Assembly: GCA_018335975.1 (NCBI GenBank)
Contig: JAGXRH010000024.1
Coordinates: forward strand, 30,738-94,737
Direction of reading: 5' to 3'
DNA from: Ignavibacteriales bacterium
GTDB taxonomy: Bacteria > Bacteroidota > Ignavibacteria > UBA10030 > F1-140-MAGs086
DNA length: 64,000 nt
The notes under the pieces were generated by a model, which was given only the letters and a program-made list of their open reading frames with translations, was not told where the DNA came from and made no database searches. How positions within the stretch are numbered: the stretch's first letter is position 1; each line of letters starts with the position of its first letter. Below, one piece after another: positions 18,640 to 27,237 of the stretch. Made by a program: the position numbers and the translations under genes.

Positions 18640-19134
18640 ATGAAAAATCACCACATCAAAATTATTTTTTCTTTTATCCTTTTCGTTTTCCCGCTTGTTG
18701 TTATAGCACAACCTCCCGGAGGACCACCACGCGGGCGGGAACGGATTGAACAATTTCGGAAACTGAAACTCATCGAGGTTCTGGACTTAAAGGAAGACGA
18801 CGCGATTCGTTTTTTTGCAAAGTTCAATGAGCACGAAAAAATAATGCAGGATTTACAAAAACGCCGCGCCGACTTAGTTGATACTCTCGAAGTACTTCTC
18901 AAACAAAAAACAGCAGATAAAGTGTATGAGAATATTTTTGACGATATGTACGACGTGGAAGCCAAACTTCTCACTCACCGAAAGGCGTTTCGTGCGGAAC
19001 TCAAATCGCTTCTCACCGCGGAGCAAATGGCAAAACTCCATATTTTCCAACGAAGGTTTGGAGAACGCGTCCGTGAGACAATGGATGATATGCGTCGCGA
19101 AAAAGGTCAACGGCATCGGGAAGAGAGAGATTAG
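18640..19134 (+). CDS. Periplasmic LTxxQ-motif protein (Spy/CpxP-like envelope stress protein)
   Basis: 164 aa with a signal peptide and a helical charged body carrying an LTAEQ (LTxxQ) motif. It lies downstream of the ECF sigma/anti-sigma pair. Confidence 0.5.
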   Translation: MKNHHIKIIFSFILFVFPLVVIAQPPGGPPRGRERIEQFRKLKLIEVLDLKEDDAIRFFAKFNEHEKIMQDLQKRRADLVDTLEVLLKQKTADKVYENIFDDMYDVEAKLLTHRKAFRAELKSLLTAEQMAKLHIFQRRFGERVRETMDDMRREKGQRHREERD

Positions 19135-19154
19135 CAACCGCCCCAAAAGAAAGA

Positions 19155-19193
19155 AACGGCGTTCGGATGCGTTCGCCGTTTTTTATTTTTTTT
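19155..19193 (+). terminator. Rho-independent terminator after the Spy-like gene
   Basis: GC-rich stem aacggcg...cgccgtt followed by a T-rich tract TTTTTTATTTTTTTT. Confidence 0.55.
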
Positions 19194-19247
19194 CGTTGAG
19201 GGAACTTGGAAATGATTCCGGCTGTTTTGTATCTTAACCTCACAAAA

Positions 19248-19673
19248 ATGAAACTGAAAACGAAACATATTATTTTCTGGCGCGTAATTCTCCTGCTGTT
19301 TTTATTTTCCAACAGCGGATTTACAATGCTCTTGACAACGTGCAAGATGGAAAATTCGTCGTGTTGCGCAGACATGAAATCGCCTAAATCGTGCAATACA
19401 CCGTCTAAAACATCCACAGGGATTGTTTTAAAATCAAATAATGTAGCGTGCATGGAAACGAAACTTGTGGGTGGCTCTACTTCTACAAAACAAGCCGTGG
19501 TTGAAATTCAATTTCATATCCCTTCGCTGAAAGAAATTTCTTCTTTTGTTCTTTCCATCAACAGTTCAATCTTCTCACAATTTCATTCCTTTCTTACTTT
19601 TTCCTTCCGCGCACTTTCGAATAGCATCGTAGCGGTGGAGAAGTATGTACTTACCTCAATTCTCCGTATTTAA
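19248..19673 (+). CDS. Hypothetical exported Cys-rich small protein upstream of the czc operon
   Basis: From the internal Met (MKLKTKHIIFWRVILLLFLFSNSG) a signal peptide is followed by a CCADMKSPKSC cluster. Its position immediately upstream of czcC suggests a metal-related accessory protein. No family recognised. Confidence 0.3.
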   Translation: MKLKTKHIIFWRVILLLFLFSNSGFTMLLTTCKMENSSCCADMKSPKSCNTPSKTSTGIVLKSNNVACMETKLVGGSTSTKQAVVEIQFHIPSLKEISSFVLSINSSIFSQFHSFLTFSFRALSNSIVAVEKYVLTSILRI

Positions 19674-19814
19674 TTTTCTCATTTGTTTTGAAATAACAAT
19701 TCGATTTTAAATTTTCGAATTCGTTTCAAAACATTTTTTGATTCCAGTTGCCAAGGTTGAATTTGCAATTGGAATACATTTTCGTTTAAACATTTTAAAC
19801 TATGAGAAAATTAT

Positions 19815-21101
19815 ATGAACACATTTTTCAAACCTATTTTTTTTATCCTTCTCTTTTCGTTCGCAATGATTTCGAGAAGTCAGCAAGATTCACTTGTTCT
19901 TCCCGAATCGCAAACGCTTGATTTGCAATTTCTTATTGTTGAAGCGTTGCAAAACAATCCCGAAATTCAATCCGCGCAACTGGAATGGGATATGATGAAA
20001 ACAAAAATTCCGCAAGCCCAAACTCTCACCGCGCCCGAATTGCAATATATGCGTGAAGAAATGCCGGGATTCAACATTCGCGATGCAATGTATTCACGTT
20101 TTGAATTGATGCAAATGTTTCACTATCCGGGAAAACTCAAAACGATGGGTGAACTCGCACGCATAGAATCGGAACACGCTCATCATGACCATCTCGAAAA
20201 AATAAATGAAGTGGTCGCAAAATTGAAAATGGCGTATTTCGATTTGTGGTATGTGCAACAAGCGATGGTGCTCAATCGTGAAAACATTCGTTTGATGAAT
20301 CAATTTTTGCAAAGCGCGCAAACGAAATTCTCAACAGGAGAAACTGCAATGCAGGATATCTTCAAAGTGAAAGTGGAACTCGCAATGCTCGATAATGAAC
20401 TAGTGGAACTGCGCCAAAAAGAACTCAGCGCAAAAGCGATGTTGATGAGTATTCTCAATCGGAACGAAAAAGACACGATGAATTATGCGTTCATTCCCGA
20501 AGAAATAATTTTCTCCCCAACACTTGAAGAAGTTTTGAATTTGGCAATACAACTTCGACCAATGCTAAAACACGATTCACTTGGAGTTCACGAAGGAAAC
20601 GCAATGCTTTCGATGGCGAAGTTAGAATATTATCCCGATTTCAAAGTTGGATTACGGTACGATAATTCGCCGATGACAGGATTTAATGGCTGGTCGGTTT
20701 CGGCGGGAATTACGCTTCCGTTTGCGCTTTGGACGAAGGGAAAAGTTGATGCACAGGTGGAAGAGGCGAATATTTTTATAGACAAAGCCAACTCACAATT
20801 AACATCAACGCGCAATATGATTTTCTCGAATATCAAAAGTTTATACTACAAAGCGCAGGTGTATAAACAACAACTGAATACCTACCAAACAATTATTCTA
20901 CCACAAGCGCGGCAATCACTCGATGCAAGTTTAACGGCATATCAAAACGGGAAAACGGATTTTCTGATGTTACTCGATTCGTACCGTTCGCTGGTGGATT
21001 TGACGAAAATGTATTTTATGTTGCGAATGAATTTCGAACAAACGAACGCCGAACTCGACAAAGAAGTTGGATACCAAAACGTAGCAGCAATTAAAAACTA
21101 A
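19815..21101 (+). CDS. Outer membrane efflux protein (TolC/CzcC family) of heavy-metal RND system
   Basis: 428 aa with a signal peptide and two repeated helical/OEP halves. It is the first gene of a CBA-type operon with the MFP and RND genes downstream. Confidence 0.8.
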   Translation: MNTFFKPIFFILLFSFAMISRSQQDSLVLPESQTLDLQFLIVEALQNNPEIQSAQLEWDMMKTKIPQAQTLTAPELQYMREEMPGFNIRDAMYSRFELMQMFHYPGKLKTMGELARIESEHAHHDHLEKINEVVAKLKMAYFDLWYVQQAMVLNRENIRLMNQFLQSAQTKFSTGETAMQDIFKVKVELAMLDNELVELRQKELSAKAMLMSILNRNEKDTMNYAFIPEEIIFSPTLEEVLNLAIQLRPMLKHDSLGVHEGNAMLSMAKLEYYPDFKVGLRYDNSPMTGFNGWSVSAGITLPFALWTKGKVDAQVEEANIFIDKANSQLTSTRNMIFSNIKSLYYKAQVYKQQLNTYQTIILPQARQSLDASLTAYQNGKTDFLMLLDSYRSLVDLTKMYFMLRMNFEQTNAELDKEVGYQNVAAIKN

Positions 21102-21117
21102 AAGTGAAAATTTTAAA

Positions 21118-22467
21118 ATGAAAGATTTATTTATGAAAAATATTTTTAGAAAAACACTTGTTGCGATTTTTTTCGCAACAACCATCACAATTCTCAATTG
21201 GAATTGTACTTCTTCCAATAATGAAACCGCATCGGGCGAAAAAATGGAAGAACGCAATCAGCAAAAGGCAAAAACACATTTCATTTGTCCGATGCATCCA
21301 TCCGTGCGAAGTGATAAGCCCGGCGTGTGTCCCGTGTGTAATATGTCACTCGTTGAAATAACGCAGGAGGATGAAGAAACCGAATCACGCGAAGAACACA
21401 AAACACTTGGAGAAATTACGATTTCTCCTGCAAAACAAATTCTTGCAAATGTTATGACAACGGTTGCAGAAAAAATGAAACTCACAAAAGAAATTCGCGC
21501 CGCAGGAAAAATAAGTTACGCCGAACCGAATTATGCGCATATCAGTATGCGTTTTCCCGGACGATTAGAAAAAAAATACATTAACTACACCGGACAAAAG
21601 GTGAAGATTGGTGACCCTGTCGTTGATATTTACAGTCCAGAAGCAATTTCTGCGCAGAAAGAATTTTTACTTGCCTTGAACTCGAATGAAGAAGTACAAC
21701 AAAGTGGAATTGACTTATCCGATGCGCAAACACTTCTTCAACAAGCGAAACAAAAATTATTGCGCTGGGGATTTGCCGAAGAAGAAATTTCTGAATTGCA
21801 GAAAACAAAACAGGTGAAAGATATTTTTACCATGTATTCTCCCGTGAGCGGAACGGTAATTAAAAATGAACTGCACGTGCAGCATTACGCAGCAATGGGA
21901 GAAGATTTATATGACGTTGTGGATTTATCAAACGTGTGGGTGCAAGCAGATGTTTACGAAACAGAAATGCAATTCATAAAAATCGGACAGGAAGTTGAAG
22001 CAACAACCGAAGCATATCCGAACGAAAAATTTATCGGAAAAATAATTTTCATTTCTCCAACAATTGATGCAACAGCAAGAACAGTGCGAGTGCGGATTGA
22101 ATTTCTAAACAGAGAAGAAAAACTAAAAACTGAATTGTTTATGAATGCAACAATAAAAATTGAATTAGCAGAAGAAGTTGTCGTTCCACAAAGCGCAATA
22201 ATATCAACGGGAAATCGTAACGTGGTGTATGTTCAGAAAGGCGATAAAATTTTTGAACCGCGTTTTGTGAAACTTGGAGGTTCGGCAGAAAATTATGTTC
22301 AGATTCTTTCAGGAATTGAACCCGGCGAAACCATTGTAACAAGCGGCGGATATTTGCTCGATTCGGAAAGTCAATTGCAAATGGGAATGGGAACAAGTGA
22401 ACACGCAGAACACGGTGAAAAAAAAGAAACTCAAAAACCAAACGAAAATAATAATCATCAACATTAA
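21118..22467 (+). CDS. Efflux RND periplasmic adaptor subunit (CzcB/CusB family) with N-terminal Cys-rich heavy-metal-binding domain
   Basis: 449 aa. The N-terminal HFICPMHPSVRSDKPGVCPVCNMSL motif is the CusB-type metal-binding domain. The body has biotinyl/lipoyl-like and beta-barrel MFP regions. The C-terminus is His-rich. Confidence 0.85.
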   Translation: MKDLFMKNIFRKTLVAIFFATTITILNWNCTSSNNETASGEKMEERNQQKAKTHFICPMHPSVRSDKPGVCPVCNMSLVEITQEDEETESREEHKTLGEITISPAKQILANVMTTVAEKMKLTKEIRAAGKISYAEPNYAHISMRFPGRLEKKYINYTGQKVKIGDPVVDIYSPEAISAQKEFLLALNSNEEVQQSGIDLSDAQTLLQQAKQKLLRWGFAEEEISELQKTKQVKDIFTMYSPVSGTVIKNELHVQHYAAMGEDLYDVVDLSNVWVQADVYETEMQFIKIGQEVEATTEAYPNEKFIGKIIFISPTIDATARTVRVRIEFLNREEKLKTELFMNATIKIELAEEVVVPQSAIISTGNRNVVYVQKGDKIFEPRFVKLGGSAENYVQILSGIEPGETIVTSGGYLLDSESQLQMGMGTSEHAEHGEKKETQKPNENNNHQH

Positions 22468-22472
22468 TCTTA

Positions 22473-23060
22473 TTGTACTTTATGAAACAGAACTATGTAT
22501 TTTTTATAACAGCACTTCTCCTTTCAACTTTTTCCTCCGGTTGTATGATGTTTATGCACGGCGGAATGATGGGCGATTCACACGATTCTCAATCTCAAAA
22601 TAAACACGATATGAAACCGACGGTGAAAGAAGTAACCGTTGGCGATTATCGTATCGTTGCAGAATTTCCTCACTTGATGCAACACGAAGAAACGAATTTC
22701 ACGTTGAAAATATTTTCCTCCAAAGATTCTTTGTGGACAAACGCAAAAGTGAGAATACAAGTTGCAAATGAGAATAAAGAAAAACTTGTTGATGAAATTC
22801 TTTCTTCCTCTGAAAAACAAATGTACGATTACCAATTTATTCCGCACGAGAAAGGAAAGTTCACCATCTCATTCGTCGTTGAACAACTTGATGAATCATT
22901 ATTGAAAATGCCAATCACTCTTTCTGAAACTTTAGAAACAATGGAAATGGGAGAAAGCCATCAAAACCACAGCAGCGGATTTGAACTCACGCCAACAATG
23001 GTAGTCGGAGGAGTTGTAATGCTTGCGATGATGGTGGTGATGATGGGAAGAATATTTTAA
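22473..23060 (+). CDS. Met/His-rich lipoprotein with C-terminal TM helix (putative metal-binding accessory protein of the czc/cus operon)
   Basis: 195 aa. Lipobox LLSTFSSGC is followed by MMFMHGGMMGDSHDSQSQNKHDM (Met/His motifs as in Cu/Ag-binding proteins). The C-terminal TM is VVGGVVMLAMMVVMMG. It sits between the MFP and RND genes. Confidence 0.45.
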   Translation: MYFMKQNYVFFITALLLSTFSSGCMMFMHGGMMGDSHDSQSQNKHDMKPTVKEVTVGDYRIVAEFPHLMQHEETNFTLKIFSSKDSLWTNAKVRIQVANENKEKLVDEILSSSEKQMYDYQFIPHEKGKFTISFVVEQLDESLLKMPITLSETLETMEMGESHQNHSSGFELTPTMVVGGVVMLAMMVVMMGRIF

Positions 23061-23069
23061 GATGTGAAT

Positions 23070-23147
23070 TGTGCGAATATCGAAACGTACGAATTTACGA
23101 ATCGCTAGATTGATATTCGCAAATTCGTAACCATTCGTTATTCGCAC
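23070..23147. repeat. Palindromic intergenic repeat, family A variant (TGTGCGAATA...TATTCGCACA)
   Basis: Sequence tgtgcgaatatcgaaacgtacgaatttacgaatcgc...gatattcgcaaattcgtaaccattcgttattcgcaca. The ends are perfect inverted 10-mers and the interior is built from acgaat/attcgt units. It lies between the Met-rich gene and czcA. Confidence 0.5.
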
Positions 23148-23173
23148 AACAAAAATTTAAACACAAAACTTTT

Positions 23174-26100
23174 ATGATTGAAAAAATAATAGACTACTCC
23201 GCTCGTAATAAATTCGTTGTCATCGTATTTTATTTGCTCATCATCGGATGGGGAATATGGTCGGTGAAACATACGCCCGTTGACGCAATTCCCGATTTGT
23301 CCGACAACCAAGTAATTGTGTTCACGCAATGGATGGGACGCTCGCCGAAAATTATGGAAGACCAAATCACGTTTCCGTTGATGAGCAATTTGCAAGGACT
23401 TCCGAAAGTGAGAGCAGTCCGCGCGCAATCAATGTTCGGAATGTCATTTGTCTTCGTCATCTTTGAAGATGATGCCGATATTTATTGGGCGCGAAGTCGT
23501 GTGCTCGAAAAACTGAATTATGCTTCGTCGTTTCTTCCCGCCGGAGTTGTTCCAACGCTTGGTCCCGACGGAACGGGAGTTGGTCACGTGTATTGGTACA
23601 CCGTTGAAAGCAACAAACACGACCTTGCAGAACTTCGCGCTATTCAGGATTGGTATATTCGTTATCAACTGAATTCTGTTCACGGTGTTGCGGAAGTTGC
23701 GAGTATCGGCGGCTTTGTAAAACAATATCAAATTGATTTGGACCCGAACAAACTCGTTGCGTACGATTTGCATTATATGTCGGTTGTTGATGCAATCAAA
23801 AACACGAATCGTGAAGTTGGTGGAAAAATCATTGAGCAGAACGATGTTGCAATGTACGTTCGCGGTGAAAGTTACGTGCGTTCAGTCGCGGATATTGAAA
23901 ATGTCGTTATCGGAGCGGGAAATAATGGTGTTCCGATTTATGTGCGGAATGTCGGCACAGTGCAAATGGGAAGTGATTTACGTCTCGGTATGCTCGATAA
24001 GAATGGTGAAGGAGAAGTCGTCGGTGGAATTATTGTAATGCGTTACGGCGAAAATGCAAAAGACGTTATCGTCCGCGTGAAAGAAAAAATTTCCGAAATC
24101 AAAAAAGGATTACCGAGCGGTGTGGAAATAAAAATGGCGTACGACCGTTCGGAATTGATTGACAAATCTATCGGCACACTTGAAGACGCGCTCATTGAAG
24201 AAGGAATCGTCGTCAGTTTAGTTGTGCTGATGTTCCTTCTGCATTTGCGAAGCGTCATTCGCGTTATCATTGAAATTCCGGTTGCGGTTCTCATTGCATT
24301 TATTTTTATGAAAGAGTTCGGCATCACCTCCAATATAATGTCGCTCGGAGGAATTGCAATTGCGATTGGAGTGATTGTTGACGCTTCGATTGTGCTTGTC
24401 GAAAATGCGTATCGCAACGTCGCTCGCGCTCAGGAAGAAAAGGGAACGCTCACGAAAGAAGAGTACATCGAAATTTCTATCCGTTCCGCAAAACAAGTTG
24501 GTCCTGCAATTTTTTATTCTGTTGCAATTATGGTGGTGTCGTTTCTTCCGGTGTTTCTTCTCGAAGGACAGGAAGGAAAACTTTTCAAACCGCTTGCGTT
24601 CACAAAAACATTTGTTCTGCTTGGCTCTGCCATTATCGCAATTACACTCGTGCCAATGCTAATGACGATGTTGACGCGCGGAAAATTCAGAAGCGAAAAC
24701 AAAAATCCGATTACAAAATTTTTGAATTGGCTCTACGCGCCGATTATTCATTGGGTTTTAAAATGGAAGAAGACAACGATAGCGCTCAATGTTCTTGCGC
24801 TTCTCATTACGATTCCGATGATATCGAATATCGGTTCGGAGTTTATGCCGCCGCTCGATGAAGGAAGTTTATTGTTTATGCCGGTTACGCTTCCCAATGT
24901 TTCGATTACCGAAGCAAAAAGAATTTTACAGGTGCAGGATAAAATTATTTCAGAAATTCCGGAAGTGGAGCAAGTGCTCGGAAAAGTCGGGCGAGCAGAA
25001 ACGGCTACCGATAACGCGCCGATAAGTATGATTGAGTCTATCATTCTTTTAAAACCGAAAGAGAAATGGCGCGCAGGAATGACGAAAGATAAATTAATCA
25101 GCGAGATGGATGCGAAGTTGCAAATTCCCGGTGTGCGAAACGGGTGGACGCAGCCGATTATCAACCGCATCAATATGCTTTCGACGGGAGTGCGGACGGA
25201 TTTGGGCGTAAAAGTTTTTGGCGATAATCTTGATACGCTCGAACGGCTTGCAATTGAATCAGAAAAAATTCTGAAAACAATTCCCGGCGCGGCGGATTTG
25301 TATGCGGAACGAACTATCGGCGGAGAATTTCTCGATATCAATGTTCAACCGGAAAAAGTTGCGCGATATGGAATCAATGTCGGCGATGTTTTGAATGTCA
25401 TCGAAACGGCAATCGGCGGAGAAAATATTTCGACAACTGTTGAAGGACGAAAACGATTTCCGATTCGTGTTCGATTCGCAAAAGATTACCGCGATAATGT
25501 TGAAGCGTTGAAACGATTACTTGTTCCCGTTCCGGCAATGATGAATGAAGAAGAAAGTGGTCAGCAGTCGGTAGTCAGTAGTCAATCGTCAATGGGGATG
25601 GAGCAAGGAGCAGGGAGCGTGGAACAAACTCGTAACTCGCAACTCGTAACTCGTAAATACGTATTCATTCCACTTTCAATGCTCGCAGAAATAAAACAAG
25701 TTTCTGGTCCTCCGATGATTGGAAGTGAAAATAGTTTGCTGCGTTCCATCGTTTTCCTCAATGTGCGCGGGCGTGATATGGGAAGTTTTGTAAACGAAGC
25801 GAAAGAAAAACTCGATAAGAATTTGAAACTTCCTGCGGGCTATTATGTTGCGTGGAGCGGACAATGGGAAAATCAACTTCGCGCAAAAGAACGGATGCAA
25901 CTCGTGATGCCGATTGTGTTCTTTCTCATTTTTCTGATGCTCTATTTTGTAACGAAAGAATTTTCCGAAGCGTTTGTCGTGATGCTTTCCGTTCCGTTTG
26001 CACTCATTGGCGGCGTGTATCTTATTTACATTTTGGGATATAATTTTTCTGTCGCAGTGTGGGTTGGTTTTATTGCGCTGTACGGACTTGCAGTAGAAAC

Positions 26101-26467
26101 CGGTTTGGTAATGGTTGTGTATTTGCACGAAGCGCTCGATAGAAAACTGCACGCGTACGAAAAAGGAGAACGCGGAATTATAACCGCAGAAGATGTAACC
26201 GAAGCGACGATTGAGGGTTCTGTGTTGCGTTTGCGTCCGAAAATTATGACGGTGGGAACAAGTTTGATTGGTTTGCTTCCGATAATGTGGAGCACAGGAG
26301 TTGGCGCAGATTTGATGAAACCCATCGCCGCGCCGTTGATTGGCGGATTGATTACCTCAACAATTCACGTGCTCGTGGTAACGCCGATATTGTTTCACTA
26401 TATGAAAATGCACGCGTTGAAGAAAGGCAAACTTACAAAATCAAAAATGGCGGGATGGATGAAGTAG
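23174..26467 (+). CDS. Heavy-metal efflux RND transporter CzcA/CusA family
   Basis: 1097-aa 12-TM RND pump. N-terminus MIEKIIDYSARNKFVVIVFYLLII and family-typical segments throughout fit the HME-RND class. It contains an extra Ser/Met-rich segment encoded by 7-bp repeats (around residues 795-835). Confidence 0.95.
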   Translation: MIEKIIDYSARNKFVVIVFYLLIIGWGIWSVKHTPVDAIPDLSDNQVIVFTQWMGRSPKIMEDQITFPLMSNLQGLPKVRAVRAQSMFGMSFVFVIFEDDADIYWARSRVLEKLNYASSFLPAGVVPTLGPDGTGVGHVYWYTVESNKHDLAELRAIQDWYIRYQLNSVHGVAEVASIGGFVKQYQIDLDPNKLVAYDLHYMSVVDAIKNTNREVGGKIIEQNDVAMYVRGESYVRSVADIENVVIGAGNNGVPIYVRNVGTVQMGSDLRLGMLDKNGEGEVVGGIIVMRYGENAKDVIVRVKEKISEIKKGLPSGVEIKMAYDRSELIDKSIGTLEDALIEEGIVVSLVVLMFLLHLRSVIRVIIEIPVAVLIAFIFMKEFGITSNIMSLGGIAIAIGVIVDASIVLVENAYRNVARAQEEKGTLTKEEYIEISIRSAKQVGPAIFYSVAIMVVSFLPVFLLEGQEGKLFKPLAFTKTFVLLGSAIIAITLVPMLMTMLTRGKFRSENKNPITKFLNWLYAPIIHWVLKWKKTTIALNVLALLITIPMISNIGSEFMPPLDEGSLLFMPVTLPNVSITEAKRILQVQDKIISEIPEVEQVLGKVGRAETATDNAPISMIESIILLKPKEKWRAGMTKDKLISEMDAKLQIPGVRNGWTQPIINRINMLSTGVRTDLGVKVFGDNLDTLERLAIESEKILKTIPGAADLYAERTIGGEFLDINVQPEKVARYGINVGDVLNVIETAIGGENISTTVEGRKRFPIRVRFAKDYRDNVEALKRLLVPVPAMMNEEESGQQSVVSSQSSMGMEQGAGSVEQTRNSQLVTRKYVFIPLSMLAEIKQVSGPPMIGSENSLLRSIVFLNVRGRDMGSFVNEAKEKLDKNLKLPAGYYVAWSGQWENQLRAKERMQLVMPIVFFLIFLMLYFVTKEFSEAFVVMLSVPFALIGGVYLIYILGYNFSVAVWVGFIALYGLAVETGLVMVVYLHEALDRKLHAYEKGERGIITAEDVTEATIEGSVLRLRPKIMTVGTSLIGLLPIMWSTGVGADLMKPIAAPLIGGLITSTIHVLVVTPILFHYMKMHALKKGKLTKSKMAGWMK
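25628..25655 (+). repeat. Tandem heptanucleotide repeat (ACTCGTA/ACTCGCA x4) inside czcA coding sequence
   Basis: Sequence actcgta actcgca actcgta actcgta directly visible. It is preceded at about 25570-25590 by gtagtca gtagtca atcgtca. It encodes the atypical ...TRNSQLVTRK... insert of CzcA. Confidence 0.6.
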
Positions 26468-26472
26468 ATAAT

Positions 26473-26560
26473 TTCACCACGAATTTTCGTTGATGCTTCA
26501 CGGATTTGCACGAATTATATCTGCGTAAATCCGTGTTTCATTTGTGTACATTCGCGGTTA
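26473..26560. repeat. Palindromic intergenic repeat, family A, copy 3 (overlaps 3' end of ogt)
   Basis: Sequence ttcaccacgaattttcgttgatgcttcacggatttgcacgaatt...gtaaatccgtg...attcgcggtta. It shares termini with copies 1 and 2. Its right arm supplies the last codons and stop of the ogt reading frame. Confidence 0.5.
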
Positions 26561-27136
26561 ATTTCTCTAATTCCAGCAACCATTTTTTTCTCCACAATCC
26601 GCCGCCGTAACCGGTTAAGTTTCCATCTTCGCCAATCACGCGATGACACGGAATGATGATAGAAATTCTATTCATTCCGTTTGCCCGCCCGATTGCGCGA
26701 ATAGCTTCCGGTTTGTTTATTGCGAGCACTTGTTGTTTGTATGAACGTGTCGCGCCGTACGGAATTTTCTGCAATTCATTCCACACGCACAGTTGAAATT
26801 CTGTTCCCGGAGTAACAAGCGGAAGAGAAAACTTTTTCCGTTTGCCTTCAAAATATTCTGCGAGTTGTTTGCGGAGTTTATCAAAATGTTTGTTCCCGCT
26901 TTCAACAGCCGAAGCGTTGAAAAATTTCCTCTACGCTTTCAATTCTGTTGGCAATGCTTTTCTGTTTGTGAATTCCAAGAGACAAATTCCTTGTTCGATG
27001 CCGCAAGCGGCATTTCTCCCAACAGAGTTTCAATTTTCGTGCTGTTGATTATGTTTTTGTTTGTCATTACAAGATATTCACCGCTAATTTTCACGGATGC
27101 ATCGCAGATTTTCATATTCTCTACTTTGATTCCCAT
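26538..27136 (-). pseudogene. ogt: Methylated-DNA-[protein]-cysteine S-methyltransferase (Ogt/MGMT), disrupted by frameshift and stop codons
   Basis: The N-terminal domain is in one frame (27136-26939: ...ETLLGEMPLAASNKEFVSWNSQTEKHCQQN*). The remainder is in another frame from 26930 (RKFFNASAVESGNKHFDKLRKQLAEYFEGKRKKFSLPLVTPGTEFQLCVWNELQKIPYGATRSY...IIIPCHRVIGEDGNLTGYGGGLWRKKW) and aligns to E. coli and B. subtilis Ogt. A TGA at 26939-41 and a TAG at 26931-33 lie in the two frames, so a single indel cannot restore the gene. The 3' end is supplied by a repeat element. Confidence 0.5.
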
Positions 27137-27237
27137 CAGATAGTTCCTTTATCATACCCTTTTGCGATGGAGTTTTTTGTTTTTCCCCTCCATCCTCGTT
27201 ATTTTTCGCTCGCAAATTTATTCTCTCCAATTTACGT

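Noticed and set aside
18648-18974. 108-aa minus-strand ORF opposite the Spy-like gene
   Set aside because: The + strand ORF has a signal peptide and an LTxxQ motif. The antisense ORF is Ser/Arg-rich low complexity.
23230-26325. Minus-strand ORFs of 76-197 aa within the czcA region (for example 24748-25341, 25676-26152)
   Set aside because: They are embedded antisense in the 1097-aa RND pump gene. Their compositions are biased (Ser/Ile-rich) with no recognisable domains.
27137-27237. Hairpin gatggag-(T/C-rich loop)-ctccatc upstream of queE; considered as a preQ1 riboswitch
   Set aside because: The sequence lacks the preQ1-I features (short hairpin followed by an A-rich tail with AAAAAACUA) on either strand. 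It is more likely a promoter-region hairpin or part of the divergent ogt/queE regulatory region.
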